Of a stretch of DNA of 64,000 nucleotides, positions 30,386 to 40,867 are shown one piece after another. Numbering within the stretch: position 1 is the stretch's first letter; every line of letters starts with the position of its first letter. Below the pieces are notes generated by a model that was not told where the DNA came from, made no database searches, and saw only the letters and a program-made list of their open reading frames with translations. The position numbers and the translations under genes are program-made. This stretch comes from Marinomonas sp. (GTDB lineage Bacteria > Pseudomonadota > Gammaproteobacteria > Pseudomonadales > Marinomonadaceae), in NCBI RefSeq assembly GCF_965225885.1, contig NZ_OZ245329.1, positions 2,890,449 to 2,954,448 on the forward strand, written 5' to 3'.

Positions 30386-30854
30386 ACTCTACTAATGAGT
30401 TTATAAGTCTCGCCAATTCCTCCAAAACCGCCTCGTCACCAGATTCATCCCAATACAATGACACACTCTCTGGCGCGATTTTTATTCCTACCAACAACGA
30501 TCTATGCTTTTCCAATATTTTTTTAGCCTCTGACGTTAATGCAAATAATTCACTAGACCACCACCCATCAGGCAAGGCATTATATTTCCACACTTCATAA
30601 GGTAGCAGCCAAATACAATCAGGCAAGGAAGTTACAGGCTTTAGTCGATAAAAAGAATAGGCAATCGTTTTTTTCCTATTCATTGATTTATCCCACTTGT
30701 CAGGGAGGTCAATTGATGTAAGCTGAACAGTAAGACCAAGTTTTCGAGCATGCATACGTAAAGCCATGCGTTGACGCTCTTTTTTTGGAGGCATAATCCA
30801 TAACGCTGACCCCATTAAAGAAAGTGTAATAAAAATAACAATAAGAGCGGTCAT
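30366..30854 (-). CDS. Hypothetical membrane-anchored protein
   Basis: 162 aa with an N-terminal TM helix and a Trp-rich middle. No motif recognised. Confidence 0.5.
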   Translation of the reverse strand: MTALIVIFITLSLMGSALWIMPPKKERQRMALRMHARKLGLTVQLTSIDLPDKWDKSMNRKKTIAYSFYRLKPVTSLPDCIWLLPYEVWKYNALPDGWWSSELFALTSEAKKILEKHRSLLVGIKIAPESVSLYWDESGDEAVLEELARLINSLVELKSVTA

Positions 30855-30917
30855 ATTTTAATGTCTCTCTAGTTTTAAACTAAAATAAATTAATCGAGCC
30901 AAATTTGGAGGTGTTCT

Positions 30918-31358
30918 ATGATGTATAGCAGAATTCTACTTGCTGTTGACCTAACCGATGAAAGTATAAAGGTAGCTAACAAAGCCGTTGCGCTCTGCAA
31001 AGCAACGGGTGCGGAACTTACCATACTTCATGTCATTGAATCACTCAATTACGCCTATGGTGGTGATGTACCCATCGATATCACAGATATCCAAGCACAA
31101 TTACAAGAAACAGCCAAAGAACGTATCGCCATTCTTGAGGCTCAATTAGACGTTCCCGTTCAAGAAAGCTGCATATCTCAAGGCGGAATAGAAAGCGAAA
31201 TACACCGCATTGCTGAAGAAAAACGCGTTGACCTGATTGTTGTAGGAAGTCACGGCCGTCATGGCCTAGCTCTGTTACTCGGCTCTACAGCTAATGGCGT
31301 TCTTCACGGCGCCCCATGCGACGTATTAGCCGTTAAAGTGATAAAAGACAAAGACTAA
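30918..31358 (+). CDS. Universal stress protein (UspA family)
   Basis: ILLAVDL start and the GSHGRHG..LLGSTAN ATP-binding motif. Confidence 0.85.
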   Translation: MMYSRILLAVDLTDESIKVANKAVALCKATGAELTILHVIESLNYAYGGDVPIDITDIQAQLQETAKERIAILEAQLDVPVQESCISQGGIESEIHRIAEEKRVDLIVVGSHGRHGLALLLGSTANGVLHGAPCDVLAVKVIKDKD

Positions 31359-31386
31359 CTAGCGCTAGCGTTATTTAGTTACTTAA

Positions 31387-31418
31387 TAAAAAAGGCGATG
31401 ATCCCATCGCCTTTTTTA
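31387..31418. terminator. Bidirectional terminator between usp and cysS
   Basis: Stem aaaggcgatg / catcgccttt flanked by an A-run and a T-run. Confidence 0.65.
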
Positions 31419-31437
31419 TTATTTTAAACTTACCACT

Positions 31438-32820
31438 TCAACTTCTGGTCCAAGTCGTGCCTTCTCGGCTATCGAGAAGCTCAATTCCTTGGCTAGCCAG
31501 TTCATCGCGAATTTCATCGCTGCGAGCAAAGTTTTTATCTTTACGAGCTTGCGTTCTTTCGTCAATCAAGACCTGTATTGCAGCTTCATCCAACCCTTCA
31601 GATACAGTGCTGTTTTGCAAAAAATACTCTGGATCTTGAAACAACAAGCCAAGCAATTCTGCCAAAGAGCGTAACTCTGCGGCCAACACTAACGCTTTAT
31701 CCGCATCTTCTGTTTTCGCTTTATTGAGCTCACGAACCAGCTCAAACAAAACAGAAACAGCAACCGCTGTGTTGAAGTCATCTTTCATGGCCTCTTCAAA
31801 ACGCTCAGTGAAGATTGTAGGCTCAAATGACTCAGCAACCGGTTGTTGGCGCAATGCAGTGTAAAGACGCTCTAAAGCAACTTTTGCCTCTAGCAAACTT
31901 TGATCTGAGTAATCAATCGCACTGCGATATTGGCTTGAAACCATCAGGTAACGAACCACCTCAGGATTAAACTTAGCCAACACATCACGTACCGTGAAAA
32001 AGTTCCCCAAAGACTTGGACATTTTTTCGTTGTTAACTCGAACCGCACCACAGTGCATCCAATAGTTTACATAGTCCTTGCCTGTCGCCGCTTCTGACTG
32101 AGCAATTTCGTTTTCATGATGCGGAAACTTAAGATCAGGCCCGCCACCATGAATATCAAAATGACTACCAAGACAATTAGTCGACATAGCAGAACATTCA
32201 ATGTGCCAACCAGGGCGACCATCACCCCAAGGAGAAGGCCAAGACACTTCGCCAGCTTTTGCTTGTTTCCACAAAACAAAATCCGCCGGATGCTCTTTGG
32301 CTACTTCAACATCAATACGCGCGCCAGCCAACATATCTTCAAGCTTACGGTTGTTTAATTTACCGTAATCTTTAAACTTAGTTGCTCGGTAGTAAACATC
32401 ACCAGAAGTTCCCTGATAAGCAAACCCCTTATCGATAAGGGTTTGCACCATATCGATTATTTCTTGCATGAATTCAGTAGCTTTTGGCTCACGATCCGGC
32501 ATTTTGTTACCAAGACGCAATTCATCTTCACGCTGCGCAGCGATCATACGCTCAGTTAAAGACTGCGTTGACTCGTTATTTTCTTCTGCACGCTTAATGA
32601 TCTTGTCGTCAACATCGGTAATATTGCGAACATAAGTCAGCTCATAGCCAAGATGGCGAATAAAACGCGAAATAATATCAAAGGAAATCATCGCACGAGC
32701 ATGACCAATGTGGCAGAAGTCGTATACCGTGTTGCCACAGACATACATGCCCACTTTACCTTCTTCAATTGGTTTGAAAATTTCTTTCTTCCCACTAAGG
32801 GTGTTGTAAACCTTCAACAT
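31438..32820 (-). CDS. cysS: Cysteine--tRNA ligase
   Basis: Starts MLKVYNTLSGKKE as in E. coli CysS, so the track N-extension is rejected. HIGH (HIGHAR) and KMSKS motifs. Confidence 0.97.
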   Translation of the reverse strand: MLKVYNTLSGKKEIFKPIEEGKVGMYVCGNTVYDFCHIGHARAMISFDIISRFIRHLGYELTYVRNITDVDDKIIKRAEENNESTQSLTERMIAAQREDELRLGNKMPDREPKATEFMQEIIDMVQTLIDKGFAYQGTSGDVYYRATKFKDYGKLNNRKLEDMLAGARIDVEVAKEHPADFVLWKQAKAGEVSWPSPWGDGRPGWHIECSAMSTNCLGSHFDIHGGGPDLKFPHHENEIAQSEAATGKDYVNYWMHCGAVRVNNEKMSKSLGNFFTVRDVLAKFNPEVVRYLMVSSQYRSAIDYSDQSLLEAKVALERLYTALRQQPVAESFEPTIFTERFEEAMKDDFNTAVAVSVLFELVRELNKAKTEDADKALVLAAELRSLAELLGLLFQDPEYFLQNSTVSEGLDEAAIQVLIDERTQARKDKNFARSDEIRDELASQGIELLDSREGTTWTRS

Positions 32821-32824
32821 GTAC

Positions 32825-34498
32825 TTAATTTCCTTTTGCTTCAATTTTCGCCCAAGAATCACGTAACGTCACAGTGCGGTTAAACACCACACCTTCTTCT
32901 TTCAAGTCGCGACAAAAATACCCTTCTCGCTCAAACTGAAAACCTTGACCTTTTTCAGACACCAACAAAGAAGGTTCTGCCTTCGCATTTGTTAATACTG
33001 TCAAAGACTCAGGGTTAATAAAGTCCAAGAAGGTTTTGTCTTCGTAATTGGCATCAGGTGCTTCATTGACGAACAAACGATCATAAAGATTCACTGTCGC
33101 GTCTACCGCATGTTTTGCACTCACCCAATGAATCACACCTTTTGGTTTATAATCTTCTGGATTCACACCAAGCGTTTTTTCATCATAGCGACATAGTAGC
33201 TCGACGACTTCGCCCGCTTCGTTTTTAATCGCTTCATCGCAAGTAATCACGTAACCACCACGAAGACGAACAGCACCATCAAGCGTTAAACGTTTCCATT
33301 TACGAGGAGGCACTTCAGCAAAATCAGCAGCGTCTATATATAAATCTTTGCTGAACTGCACTTCACGCGTGCCCGCTTCTTCGTTTTTAGGATGATTACT
33401 CACTGTGAAGATTTCTTCTTTGTCAGCTGGGTAGTTAGTCAAAGTTACCTTAATAGGATTAAGAACAACCATGGCGCGATTAGCGCTCGCATCCAAATCT
33501 TCACGAATGGCGTGTTCTAACATGCCAACATCAACAACACTGTCAGACTTGGTCACACCAATGCGCTCACAGAAGTTACGGATGGACAAAGATGTATAAC
33601 CGCGACGACGCAAGCCAGAGATAGTTGGCATACGTGGATCATCCCAGCCATGAACATGTTTTTCATCCACTAACTGTTTCAATTTACGCTTACTTGTCAC
33701 TGTGTAGTTTAAGTTCAAGCGAGCAAATTCGATTTGCTGCGGATGAGCTGTTTTTAGTGTATCCAATACCCAATCGTACAAAGGACGATGATCTTGAAAT
33801 TCCAACGTACACACTGAATGCGTAATATTTTCCAAAGCATCAGACAAGCAATGAGTGAAGTCATACATTGGATAGACACACCATTTGTCACCTGTTTGGT
33901 GATGATGTACATGACGCACCCGATAAATGATCGGATCACGCATATTGATGTTTGGGCTCGCCATATCGATTTTGGCACGCAAAACCACTTCGCCATCTTT
34001 GTACTTACCGTTTTTCATGTCCATAAAAATGGTCATATTTTCTTCAACGGTGCGATCGCGGAATGGGCTGTTTTTACCTGGCTCTTTTAAGGTGCCACGG
34101 TATTCGCGCATTTGTTCAGCGTTTAGCTCACAGACATAAGCTTTGCCTGCCTGAATAAGCTGCACGGCAAAATCAAACAACTGATCAAAATAGTCTGAAG
34201 CAAACTTAGGTTCGCCCTTCCATTCAAAACCAAGCCATTCAACATCACGCTTAATAGATTCAATGTATTCAACACTTTCCTTCTCTGGGTTAGTGTCATC
34301 GAAACGTAGATTACATTGACCGTTGTAACGCTGCGCTAAGCCAAAATTAAGGCAAATAGATTTAGCATGACCAATGTGTAAGTAGCCATTTGGTTCAGGT
34401 GGAAAGCGAGTAAGAACCTTACCGCCATGCTTGCCTGATTCGTTATCTTTATCAATGATTTGGGTAATGAAATTACCTGGTTTAGACGTTTCTGACAT
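32825..34498 (-). CDS. glnS: Glutamine--tRNA ligase
   Basis: Starts [16 protein letters not shown] as in E. coli GlnS, so the track N-extension is rejected. HIGH motif HIGHAKS and a VTSKRK motif for the KMSKS position. Confidence 0.97.
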   Translation of the reverse strand: MSETSKPGNFITQIIDKDNESGKHGGKVLTRFPPEPNGYLHIGHAKSICLNFGLAQRYNGQCNLRFDDTNPEKESVEYIESIKRDVEWLGFEWKGEPKFASDYFDQLFDFAVQLIQAGKAYVCELNAEQMREYRGTLKEPGKNSPFRDRTVEENMTIFMDMKNGKYKDGEVVLRAKIDMASPNINMRDPIIYRVRHVHHHQTGDKWCVYPMYDFTHCLSDALENITHSVCTLEFQDHRPLYDWVLDTLKTAHPQQIEFARLNLNYTVTSKRKLKQLVDEKHVHGWDDPRMPTISGLRRRGYTSLSIRNFCERIGVTKSDSVVDVGMLEHAIREDLDASANRAMVVLNPIKVTLTNYPADKEEIFTVSNHPKNEEAGTREVQFSKDLYIDAADFAEVPPRKWKRLTLDGAVRLRGGYVITCDEAIKNEAGEVVELLCRYDEKTLGVNPEDYKPKGVIHWVSAKHAVDATVNLYDRLFVNEAPDANYEDKTFLDFINPESLTVLTNAKAEPSLLVSEKGQGFQFEREGYFCRDLKEEGVVFNRTVTLRDSWAKIEAKGN

Positions 34499-34619
34499 GT
34501 TTGATGTAAGTCCCGATAAGTGTTGGTCTAACAATATTGTTACTTTGATCGGCAAGTATATAGTATTTAGGTTTGCATGGGATATTGAGCAGAAAATCTT
34601 TTCAGTGTTTTTCCCTTTT

Positions 34620-34949
34620 TTATAATGAAAATCCGTATTTCGCCACGAAAAAAACCAAAACGCCCACTAGAATAGTTAGCAATTGCTGCTGACGCCAAAT
34701 ACCGACGATAAAAGCCGCTAACGCGCCCAATAACCATGGATTTGATAACGAAAAATCCATATACTGATTCGGCATCAAAATCATCGGCGTGATGATGGCC
34801 GTTAAGACTGCAACAGGCACAAACTTCAACGCTTTTTCAATAAAAGCAGGCATGACAACTTTATCTGCTCGTGCAAACAAAACAAACCGCACTCCAAAGG
34901 TCACGATAAACATACCCAGAATAATCAGAACTCCTTGCCACAATGTCAT
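34620..34949 (-). CDS. azlD: Branched-chain amino acid exporter small subunit AzlD
   Basis: 109 aa with 4 TM helices. ATGA overlap with azlC. Confidence 0.8.
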   Translation of the reverse strand: MTLWQGVLIILGMFIVTFGVRFVLFARADKVVMPAFIEKALKFVPVAVLTAIITPMILMPNQYMDFSLSNPWLLGALAAFIVGIWRQQQLLTILVGVLVFFVAKYGFSL

Positions 34950-35680
34950 TTGCTTACCTCTTGAACGCCTTCGTCCGAATTTGAAATCGTTTTCGCGGAA
35001 GTATCTGCAAAATATCCCACCGCAACACCTATCACTGCAGAGACCAGCAGGCCTAAATTATTTGGTAAATTAGATAGAATAATCGAAGACACACCAGCAC
35101 TTAACAAGCACATCCAAAAGGCTTTATGTTTCAGATATGGCGTAATGATGCCTATGAAAGTGGCAACCATAGCGAACTCCAACCCCCATTCGCTCATACC
35201 GGGAATAAGTTCACCAGACAATACACCTAAAATGGTGGTCACATTCCACATCACATAAAAGGAAAGAAACGAACCGAGGTAGACTTTATGGCCATTTTTT
35301 TCATTTGCTGATCCCACCTCATACATTGGGCGAACCGCTGCATAGGTTTCATCAATCAAGCCAAAGCCCATAATAACTCGAATCGGCATAGGCAAATGTT
35401 TTATGAATTTCACCAAATCAGCGGCGTATAAAAGATGGCGAAGATTGACAATAAAAGTGGTCGAAACAATTACCCAGATGGGTGCATGTAATGCGATCAA
35501 GCCAAGCGCGACAAATTGAGCAGAGCCAGCAAACACAAAGGCCGACATAGCAACAGCAAACCAAGGACTCAATCCATAACTGGATGCTAACGAACCAAAC
35601 AGCAAACCAAATGGTATACCACCAATAATCATAGGAATGGAGGCTACAGCACCTCGCCGCATATCTTGTATTGTATTCAT
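34946..35680 (-). CDS. azlC: Branched-chain amino acid exporter AzlC
   Basis: Polytopic membrane protein. I use the ATG start at 35680 (MNTIQDM) in preference to the track TTG start. Confidence 0.85.
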   Translation of the reverse strand: MNTIQDMRRGAVASIPMIIGGIPFGLLFGSLASSYGLSPWFAVAMSAFVFAGSAQFVALGLIALHAPIWVIVSTTFIVNLRHLLYAADLVKFIKHLPMPIRVIMGFGLIDETYAAVRPMYEVGSANEKNGHKVYLGSFLSFYVMWNVTTILGVLSGELIPGMSEWGLEFAMVATFIGIITPYLKHKAFWMCLLSAGVSSIILSNLPNNLGLLVSAVIGVAVGYFADTSAKTISNSDEGVQEVSK

Positions 35681-35688
35681 AAAGGATC

Positions 35689-36660
35689 TCAATTCGTTTT
35701 CAATATTAATGATTTTTCCATATAGACATCCGCTCTTGCGTACAAGGAAGGGATCGGAAATGGTTTCTCAACAAAACCGTTTTTATCATAAAGATGCCGT
35801 GCTACGTCTAAACAAGATGCCGTTTCTAGTGATAATGTTGAAAAACCACCTTGAGTAGCAAAATCAATCGTCGTGGACAGCAAACGTTGAGCAATCCCTT
35901 TACCTTGAGCATGCTCATCAACAGATAATTTAAACACCTCCCCTCTTTTGTCACTTGAAGTACCGCCACCCACAGGAGCAAACGCAATGGTTCCGACAAC
36001 AGAGTCTAACGCTTGCTTTTTACGCACCGCCACCCAGACAGCACCGCCTTGCTGAATGATCTCTTGTTGCGGGTTTCGCAATATATTTCGGTCTTTCTCG
36101 GCGATCTGCTCTGGAAAATAACGTTCAAGCCAAGCCATATTAAGCTCATAAAACGCTTTTTCGTGCTGCGTTTCTAGCAAGACAATTTCAATAGGCTCTA
36201 AGCGGTCCAACACCTTATCCGCTAAGCTTCCATTTAAAACCCGCGATTCTAAGATAGACAAACTAGCCATAAAATTTTCACTAGAAAAAGCAGTCATTTT
36301 TTCAAGGATGATTTCCATTTCCTGTAACACTGGCTCTACACGTTGCATAGCGCTTAGGCCAAACTCAGAAAGACACAAGGAAGATCTTCGCTGATCTTGC
36401 TCATCGACTGTTTTCTCTAACAAGTTTTCTTTGATCATCTTGGTGGTTTGCTTACTTACCGCTGGATGACTTAGGCGCAAGCGATCGGCAATTTCCATCA
36501 CTGATAAACTCCCCGTTTTCTGCAACAGCCTAAGAATTGGGAAATAGGTTGCCGAGATAGGTATGTCGCATTGGGAATAGATTTCTTGCACTTGAATAAA
36601 CAAATGATCACTTAACCGCTTTAGTCGACTGCCAAGTGTCAGTACTCCGAACTGTTCCAT
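35689..36660 (-). CDS. MarR-family HTH regulator fused to a GNAT acetyltransferase domain
   Basis: N-terminal winged helix (LSVMEIADRLRLSHPAVSKQ) and a C-terminal GNAT acetyl-CoA loop-like motif (QGKGIAQRL). Confidence 0.8.
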   Translation of the reverse strand: MEQFGVLTLGSRLKRLSDHLFIQVQEIYSQCDIPISATYFPILRLLQKTGSLSVMEIADRLRLSHPAVSKQTTKMIKENLLEKTVDEQDQRRSSLCLSEFGLSAMQRVEPVLQEMEIILEKMTAFSSENFMASLSILESRVLNGSLADKVLDRLEPIEIVLLETQHEKAFYELNMAWLERYFPEQIAEKDRNILRNPQQEIIQQGGAVWVAVRKKQALDSVVGTIAFAPVGGGTSSDKRGEVFKLSVDEHAQGKGIAQRLLSTTIDFATQGGFSTLSLETASCLDVARHLYDKNGFVEKPFPIPSLYARADVYMEKSLILKTN

Positions 36661-36886
36661 GAAGTTTCCAACAAATAAAATTTTTACAATAAAGTAAGGC
36701 TACCCAAAAATAGGTAACCAGTTACGTATATAAAAATATCGCAAAATTCCAGCCGTTACAAGCTCTGTTTCCTCTGAGATTTCTATTTTGATTGTTTGCC
36801 TGTCTGCTATACTCCGCGCTTTATCAACTCTCGCCTTGTTACTGTTTTTTTGCAGTAACAAATTAGGCTTATTTTTGAGGAACCAA

Positions 36887-37549
36887 ATGATGTCTGAAAA
36901 AGCCGTCGTTGTGTATTCGGGAGGAATGGATTCATTTACCGTTCTGAATACAGCAATTCAAAACGGACTGGATGTTTATGCTTTATCTTTTAACTACGGA
37001 CAAAAGCACAGCAAAGAATTAGAAGTCGCCACACAGGTATGCCGTGAATTAGGCATTTCCCATAAAGTTGTCGATATCACCGCAATTAATAGCTTAATGG
37101 CGAACTCATCGCTAACCGGCGATACAGAAATCCCAGAAGGCCATTATGAAGACGACAATATGAAGTCTACCGTTGTTCCTAATCGCAACATGGTTTTGCT
37201 TTCTATGGCGATTGCTTATGCGGTATCACTAGAAGCTGGCAAAGTCTATTACGGTGCTCATTCTGGCGATCATCATATTTACCCAGATTGCCGTCCAGAA
37301 TTTGTGGGAGCCATGAACGCGGTATCAAAAATTGCCAATTACCAGTCTGTCGAAATCGTCACGCCGTTTCTACATTCTTCAAAAGGTGAGATCTTAAAAG
37401 CTGGATTGGATATGAACCTTAACTATGCCAATACATGGACTTGTTACAATGGTCGCGAAAAATCTTGTGGTAAATGTGGCGCTTGCTACGAACGTTTAGA
37501 AGCGTTTGCAGAACAAGGCCAAACAGATCCACTGGATTACGAAGCTTAA
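36887..37549 (+). CDS. queC: 7-cyano-7-deazaguanine synthase
   Basis: Start at [16 protein letters not shown], preceded by a gagga SD. PP-loop SGGMDS and a C-terminal Cys cluster (CGKCGAC). Confidence 0.95.
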   Translation: MMSEKAVVVYSGGMDSFTVLNTAIQNGLDVYALSFNYGQKHSKELEVATQVCRELGISHKVVDITAINSLMANSSLTGDTEIPEGHYEDDNMKSTVVPNRNMVLLSMAIAYAVSLEAGKVYYGAHSGDHHIYPDCRPEFVGAMNAVSKIANYQSVEIVTPFLHSSKGEILKAGLDMNLNYANTWTCYNGREKSCGKCGACYERLEAFAEQGQTDPLDYEA

Positions 37550-37722
37550 ACAAGAAGTTAGACAAAGAATTATTCCTGATTTTAGTGTGTTTGTTTTAGT
37601 GCCGATTGGCTTTTGTTCCACAAATCCCCAATTTGGCGATTAAATTATCAACTAAAGTTATAACCCTTACCTCGAACTGTTTTTCGAGACACTGCTTGTC
37701 AGTATGTAATTGGTGTAACAAA

Positions 37723-38373
37723 ATGTACTCTATTAAAGAAGCCTTTTATTCATTACAAGGCGAAGGTGCCCACGCTGGACGCCCTGCTCTATTTTGTCGT
37801 TTTACCGGCTGCAACTTATGGTCTGGTCTTGAAAAAACTCGCGCCAAGTCCGAATGCCAGTTCTGTGACACCGATTTTATCGGCACAGACGGGCAACATG
37901 GCGGAAAATTTAAAACAGCTGAACAATTACGCTCCCATATCGACGCACTTTGGCCTGAAAACCAAGGTCATAAATACGTTGTGTTTACTGGCGGTGAACC
38001 GGCTCTTCAGTTGGATGATGACCTCATATCTCAAATGAAGCTACATGGCTACACCATCGCCATTGAAACAAATGGCACCATGACCTTACCTCAAGGAATT
38101 GATTGGATCTGCGTTAGCCCAAAAACCGCTAAACCTTTGCTTGTAAACAAAGGCGACGAACTCAAGCTGGTTTATCCGCAATCACACCTCTCGCCCGAGT
38201 TATTTGAAAATCTAGATTTTCAACATTTTTACCTGCAACCTATGGATCAAAGTCACTTAATAGCGGATCAAATTCCACTCATTGACACCCAACAAGCCAC
38301 TTTACAGTATTGTTTATCGCATCCAAGGTGGCGTCTTAGCTTACAAACACATAAAATGCTCAACATTGATTAA
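37723..38373 (+). CDS. queE: 7-carboxy-7-deazaguanine synthase (radical SAM)
   Basis: Start at MYSIKEAFYSLQGEG. Has the CRFTGCNLW radical-SAM variant cluster motif. The track N-extension is rejected. Confidence 0.9.
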   Translation: MYSIKEAFYSLQGEGAHAGRPALFCRFTGCNLWSGLEKTRAKSECQFCDTDFIGTDGQHGGKFKTAEQLRSHIDALWPENQGHKYVVFTGGEPALQLDDDLISQMKLHGYTIAIETNGTMTLPQGIDWICVSPKTAKPLLVNKGDELKLVYPQSHLSPELFENLDFQHFYLQPMDQSHLIADQIPLIDTQQATLQYCLSHPRWRLSLQTHKMLNID

Positions 38374-38409
38374 GCATTAATAACGATTTACCTAACAAAG
38401 GAATATTCA

Positions 38410-38913
38410 ATGATCATTTTACATACAAACCACGGTGATATTCACGTTGAACTAGATTACGAAAAAGCACCAAAGTCAGCGAAGAACTTCGAAGACTATG
38501 TCACTTCAGGTTTTTATGATGGCGTAATTTTCCACCGTGTAATCAATGGTTTCATGGTTCAAGGCGGTGGTTTCGAGCCAGGTATGACTCAAAAAGAATC
38601 TCGTACTGCAATTGAAAACGAAGCAGATAACGGTCTTAAAAATGAAATTGGCACATTAGCGATGGCTCGCACCATGGACCCACATTCTGCTTCTGCACAG
38701 TTTTTCATTAACGTTGCTGATAACAGCTTCCTAAACCACCGCAGCAAAACGCCAGATGGTTGGGGTTACGCAGTATTTGGTAAAGTTACTGCAGGTATGG
38801 ACGTAGTAAACAAAATCAAAGAAGTGAAAACAACAATGAAGTCTGGACACCAAGATGTTCCTGCAGAAGACGTTATCATTGAAAGCGCTGAATTAGTTAA
38901 AAGCGAAGACTAA
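38410..38913 (+). CDS. ppiB: Peptidyl-prolyl cis-trans isomerase B (cyclophilin)
   Basis: [15 protein letters not shown] cyclophilin signature; 167 aa with no signal peptide. Confidence 0.95.
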   Translation: MIILHTNHGDIHVELDYEKAPKSAKNFEDYVTSGFYDGVIFHRVINGFMVQGGGFEPGMTQKESRTAIENEADNGLKNEIGTLAMARTMDPHSASAQFFINVADNSFLNHRSKTPDGWGYAVFGKVTAGMDVVNKIKEVKTTMKSGHQDVPAEDVIIESAELVKSED

Positions 38914-39689
38914 TGATCCGTTATTTCATTTCAGATCTGCACTTAAGCGACAAACGCCCGGATCTTATCCGAGCGTTTGTACAAATGAGCAAAGCGCTTA
39001 TTGCACGAGATGAGAAAGCAGAACTTTATATTTTAGGTGACTTCTATGAAGCTTGGATCGGTGACGATTATAAGGCAGATTGGAATACTCAAATAGAAAA
39101 CGCCTTGGCAGATATCTCTCAGTCAGGAATTGCTCTGTATTTTTTACATGGTAACCGCGATTTCTTAATTGGCAGTGATTGGGTTAACCGTGTTGGCGCT
39201 ACACTTATTCAAGAACAGACTAAACTCCCCCTTGAAGACTGTGCTGTGCTATTAACACATGGTGACGAATACTGCCTTGAAGATACTGAGTATCAAGCTT
39301 TCAGAAAAACGGTTCGTTCTAGCGCATGGCAGAAACATATTCTCGCAATGCCGCTCGAGCAACGGATAGCACTGGCTGCTCAACTTCGCAACGACAGCAA
39401 ATCTATGGCGTCAGAAAAATCTATGGCGATTATAGATGTCACAAAGTCAGCTGTAGAAGAATCTTTAACTAAACACCACTGTAAAACCTTGATACATGGA
39501 CACACACATCGACCTGAAGCTCATAAAGACAATCAGTATCTACGGTGTGTACTCGGTGACTGGGATGACTCTATTTGGCTCGCCACTATTGAAGACAATT
39601 TTTACACTCAATATAAGGCATCAGTAGAAAATTTCTCGCATCAGGGATTTGCTGGACTAGAAGCAGTTCATAAAGAAGCACTTTATTAG
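38913..39689 (+). CDS. lpxH: UDP-2,3-diacylglucosamine diphosphatase
   Basis: Calcineurin-like metallophosphatase motifs (SDLHL, GDFYE in place of GDxxD, GNRDF). Conserved ppiB-lpxH synteny with a 1-nt overlap. Confidence 0.9.
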   Translation: MIRYFISDLHLSDKRPDLIRAFVQMSKALIARDEKAELYILGDFYEAWIGDDYKADWNTQIENALADISQSGIALYFLHGNRDFLIGSDWVNRVGATLIQEQTKLPLEDCAVLLTHGDEYCLEDTEYQAFRKTVRSSAWQKHILAMPLEQRIALAAQLRNDSKSMASEKSMAIIDVTKSAVEESLTKHHCKTLIHGHTHRPEAHKDNQYLRCVLGDWDDSIWLATIEDNFYTQYKASVENFSHQGFAGLEAVHKEALY

Positions 39690-39724
39690 AATATCGCAAT
39701 AGTTGTTTAGCAAAGTTACCACAC

Positions 39725-39754
39725 AAAAATGCCAGCATACGCTGGCATTTTTTA
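39725..39754. terminator. Bidirectional terminator after lpxH
   Basis: Stem aaatgccagc / gctggcattt with a T-run. Confidence 0.65.
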
Positions 39755-39761
39755 TCGATAT

Positions 39762-40073
39762 TTAACGATTTAAAAGCTCACGCACCCAAACCGTCTCTTC
39801 TGAATTGCGAGATCGACTGAACTCAATATTTCGATTATGTAACAGCGCCACAGCACGAAAAAAAGCGTTATTAACAATCACTGGACTCAATTGGATACCA
39901 TAAGCTTGCCACCAATGTTGCTGCACCTTACAAGTAAGCAATTGGTATAAAAAATCCAATTCCAAAGACCCTTTATACATGACATCTAAGTCAACCACAG
40001 GGTCTACTTTTGCAATTTCTAATGCAAGCCAATAAGTAACATCAGGCAAGGTTTCGCTCTTATGTATGCCCAT
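39762..40073 (-). CDS. Hypothetical protein downstream of miaE
   Basis: I chose the start at MGIHKSE because ggag lies 6 nt upstream. 103 aa with no motif recognised. Confidence 0.4.
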   Translation of the reverse strand: MGIHKSETLPDVTYWLALEIAKVDPVVDLDVMYKGSLELDFLYQLLTCKVQQHWWQAYGIQLSPVIVNNAFFRAVALLHNRNIEFSRSRNSEETVWVRELLNR

Positions 40074-40167
40074 TATATTCTCCAGAAGCTCTGACAATAC
40101 TATGAGTGTAGCACCCTGCTTAAAAGTCACCATTAAGATACACAAGTAGATTGTGGCGTTTTGTAAC

Positions 40168-40779
40168 TCACGTCAGACTTGGTGGACCACTGTGCATACG
40201 AAACTCTGTATCAGGCTCTGTAATAAGTTTTTCTTCTAAATCGCGAAAAAAAGCCACGCGATCATCAATCGGTTCGTTTGAATACTCTTTTGCAAGCTCT
40301 AGGTAGTCTTCGAAGTGTCTTGCTTCAGATTTTAGCAATGATATATAAAACTTCGACAACTCTTCATCCAAGTGCGGAGCTAAAGCTGCAAAACGCTCAC
40401 AAGAACGCGCCTCAACAAAAGCACCGATAATCATAGTATCAACCAGACGCGCAGGTTCATGGGTTCGAATGTGTTTGCGAAGGCCATCCGCATAGCGTGA
40501 AGCCGACAAATGATCATAGGCAACGTCGCGTTTTCGCATGATTTTATGAACTTGTTCGAAGTGCAATAATTCTTCACGAGCCAAACGAGACATTTTATGA
40601 AGTAAATTATCGCGATCAACATAGCGATACATTAAACTCATGGCTGTGGAAGCGGCTTTTTTTTCACAGTGAGCATGATCATTTAATAGCAGAGTTTGAT
40701 TCTCGAGAGCCCAATTTACCCATGTTGCAGGAGATTCACAGGGAAGAAATTCAACAAGCTCTGGATACGCTGATAACAT
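40168..40779 (-). CDS. miaE: tRNA-(ms2io6A37) hydroxylase MiaE (ferritin-like di-iron)
   Basis: HCEKKAASTA and LAREELLHFEQV motifs, with paired ExxH-type di-iron ligands; 203 aa. Confidence 0.85.
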   Translation of the reverse strand: MLSAYPELVEFLPCESPATWVNWALENQTLLLNDHAHCEKKAASTAMSLMYRYVDRDNLLHKMSRLAREELLHFEQVHKIMRKRDVAYDHLSASRYADGLRKHIRTHEPARLVDTMIIGAFVEARSCERFAALAPHLDEELSKFYISLLKSEARHFEDYLELAKEYSNEPIDDRVAFFRDLEEKLITEPDTEFRMHSGPPSLT

Positions 40780-40867
40780 TACTCTACCTTTTTATGTTAA
40801 AAAACGTGATTATACCCTGTATTAAGCACTTAGGCAGCAACGTCTTGATTTGGATATCAAATTCGTA

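Noticed and set aside
36661-36886. Possible preQ1 riboswitch upstream of queC.
   Set aside because: I could not find the compact preQ1-I/II hairpin plus A-rich tail consensus. There is only a small ttactg/cagtaa hairpin with a T loop. A ctg-N-cag string at 36842-36855 also fails the LexA CTGT-N8-ACAG spacing.
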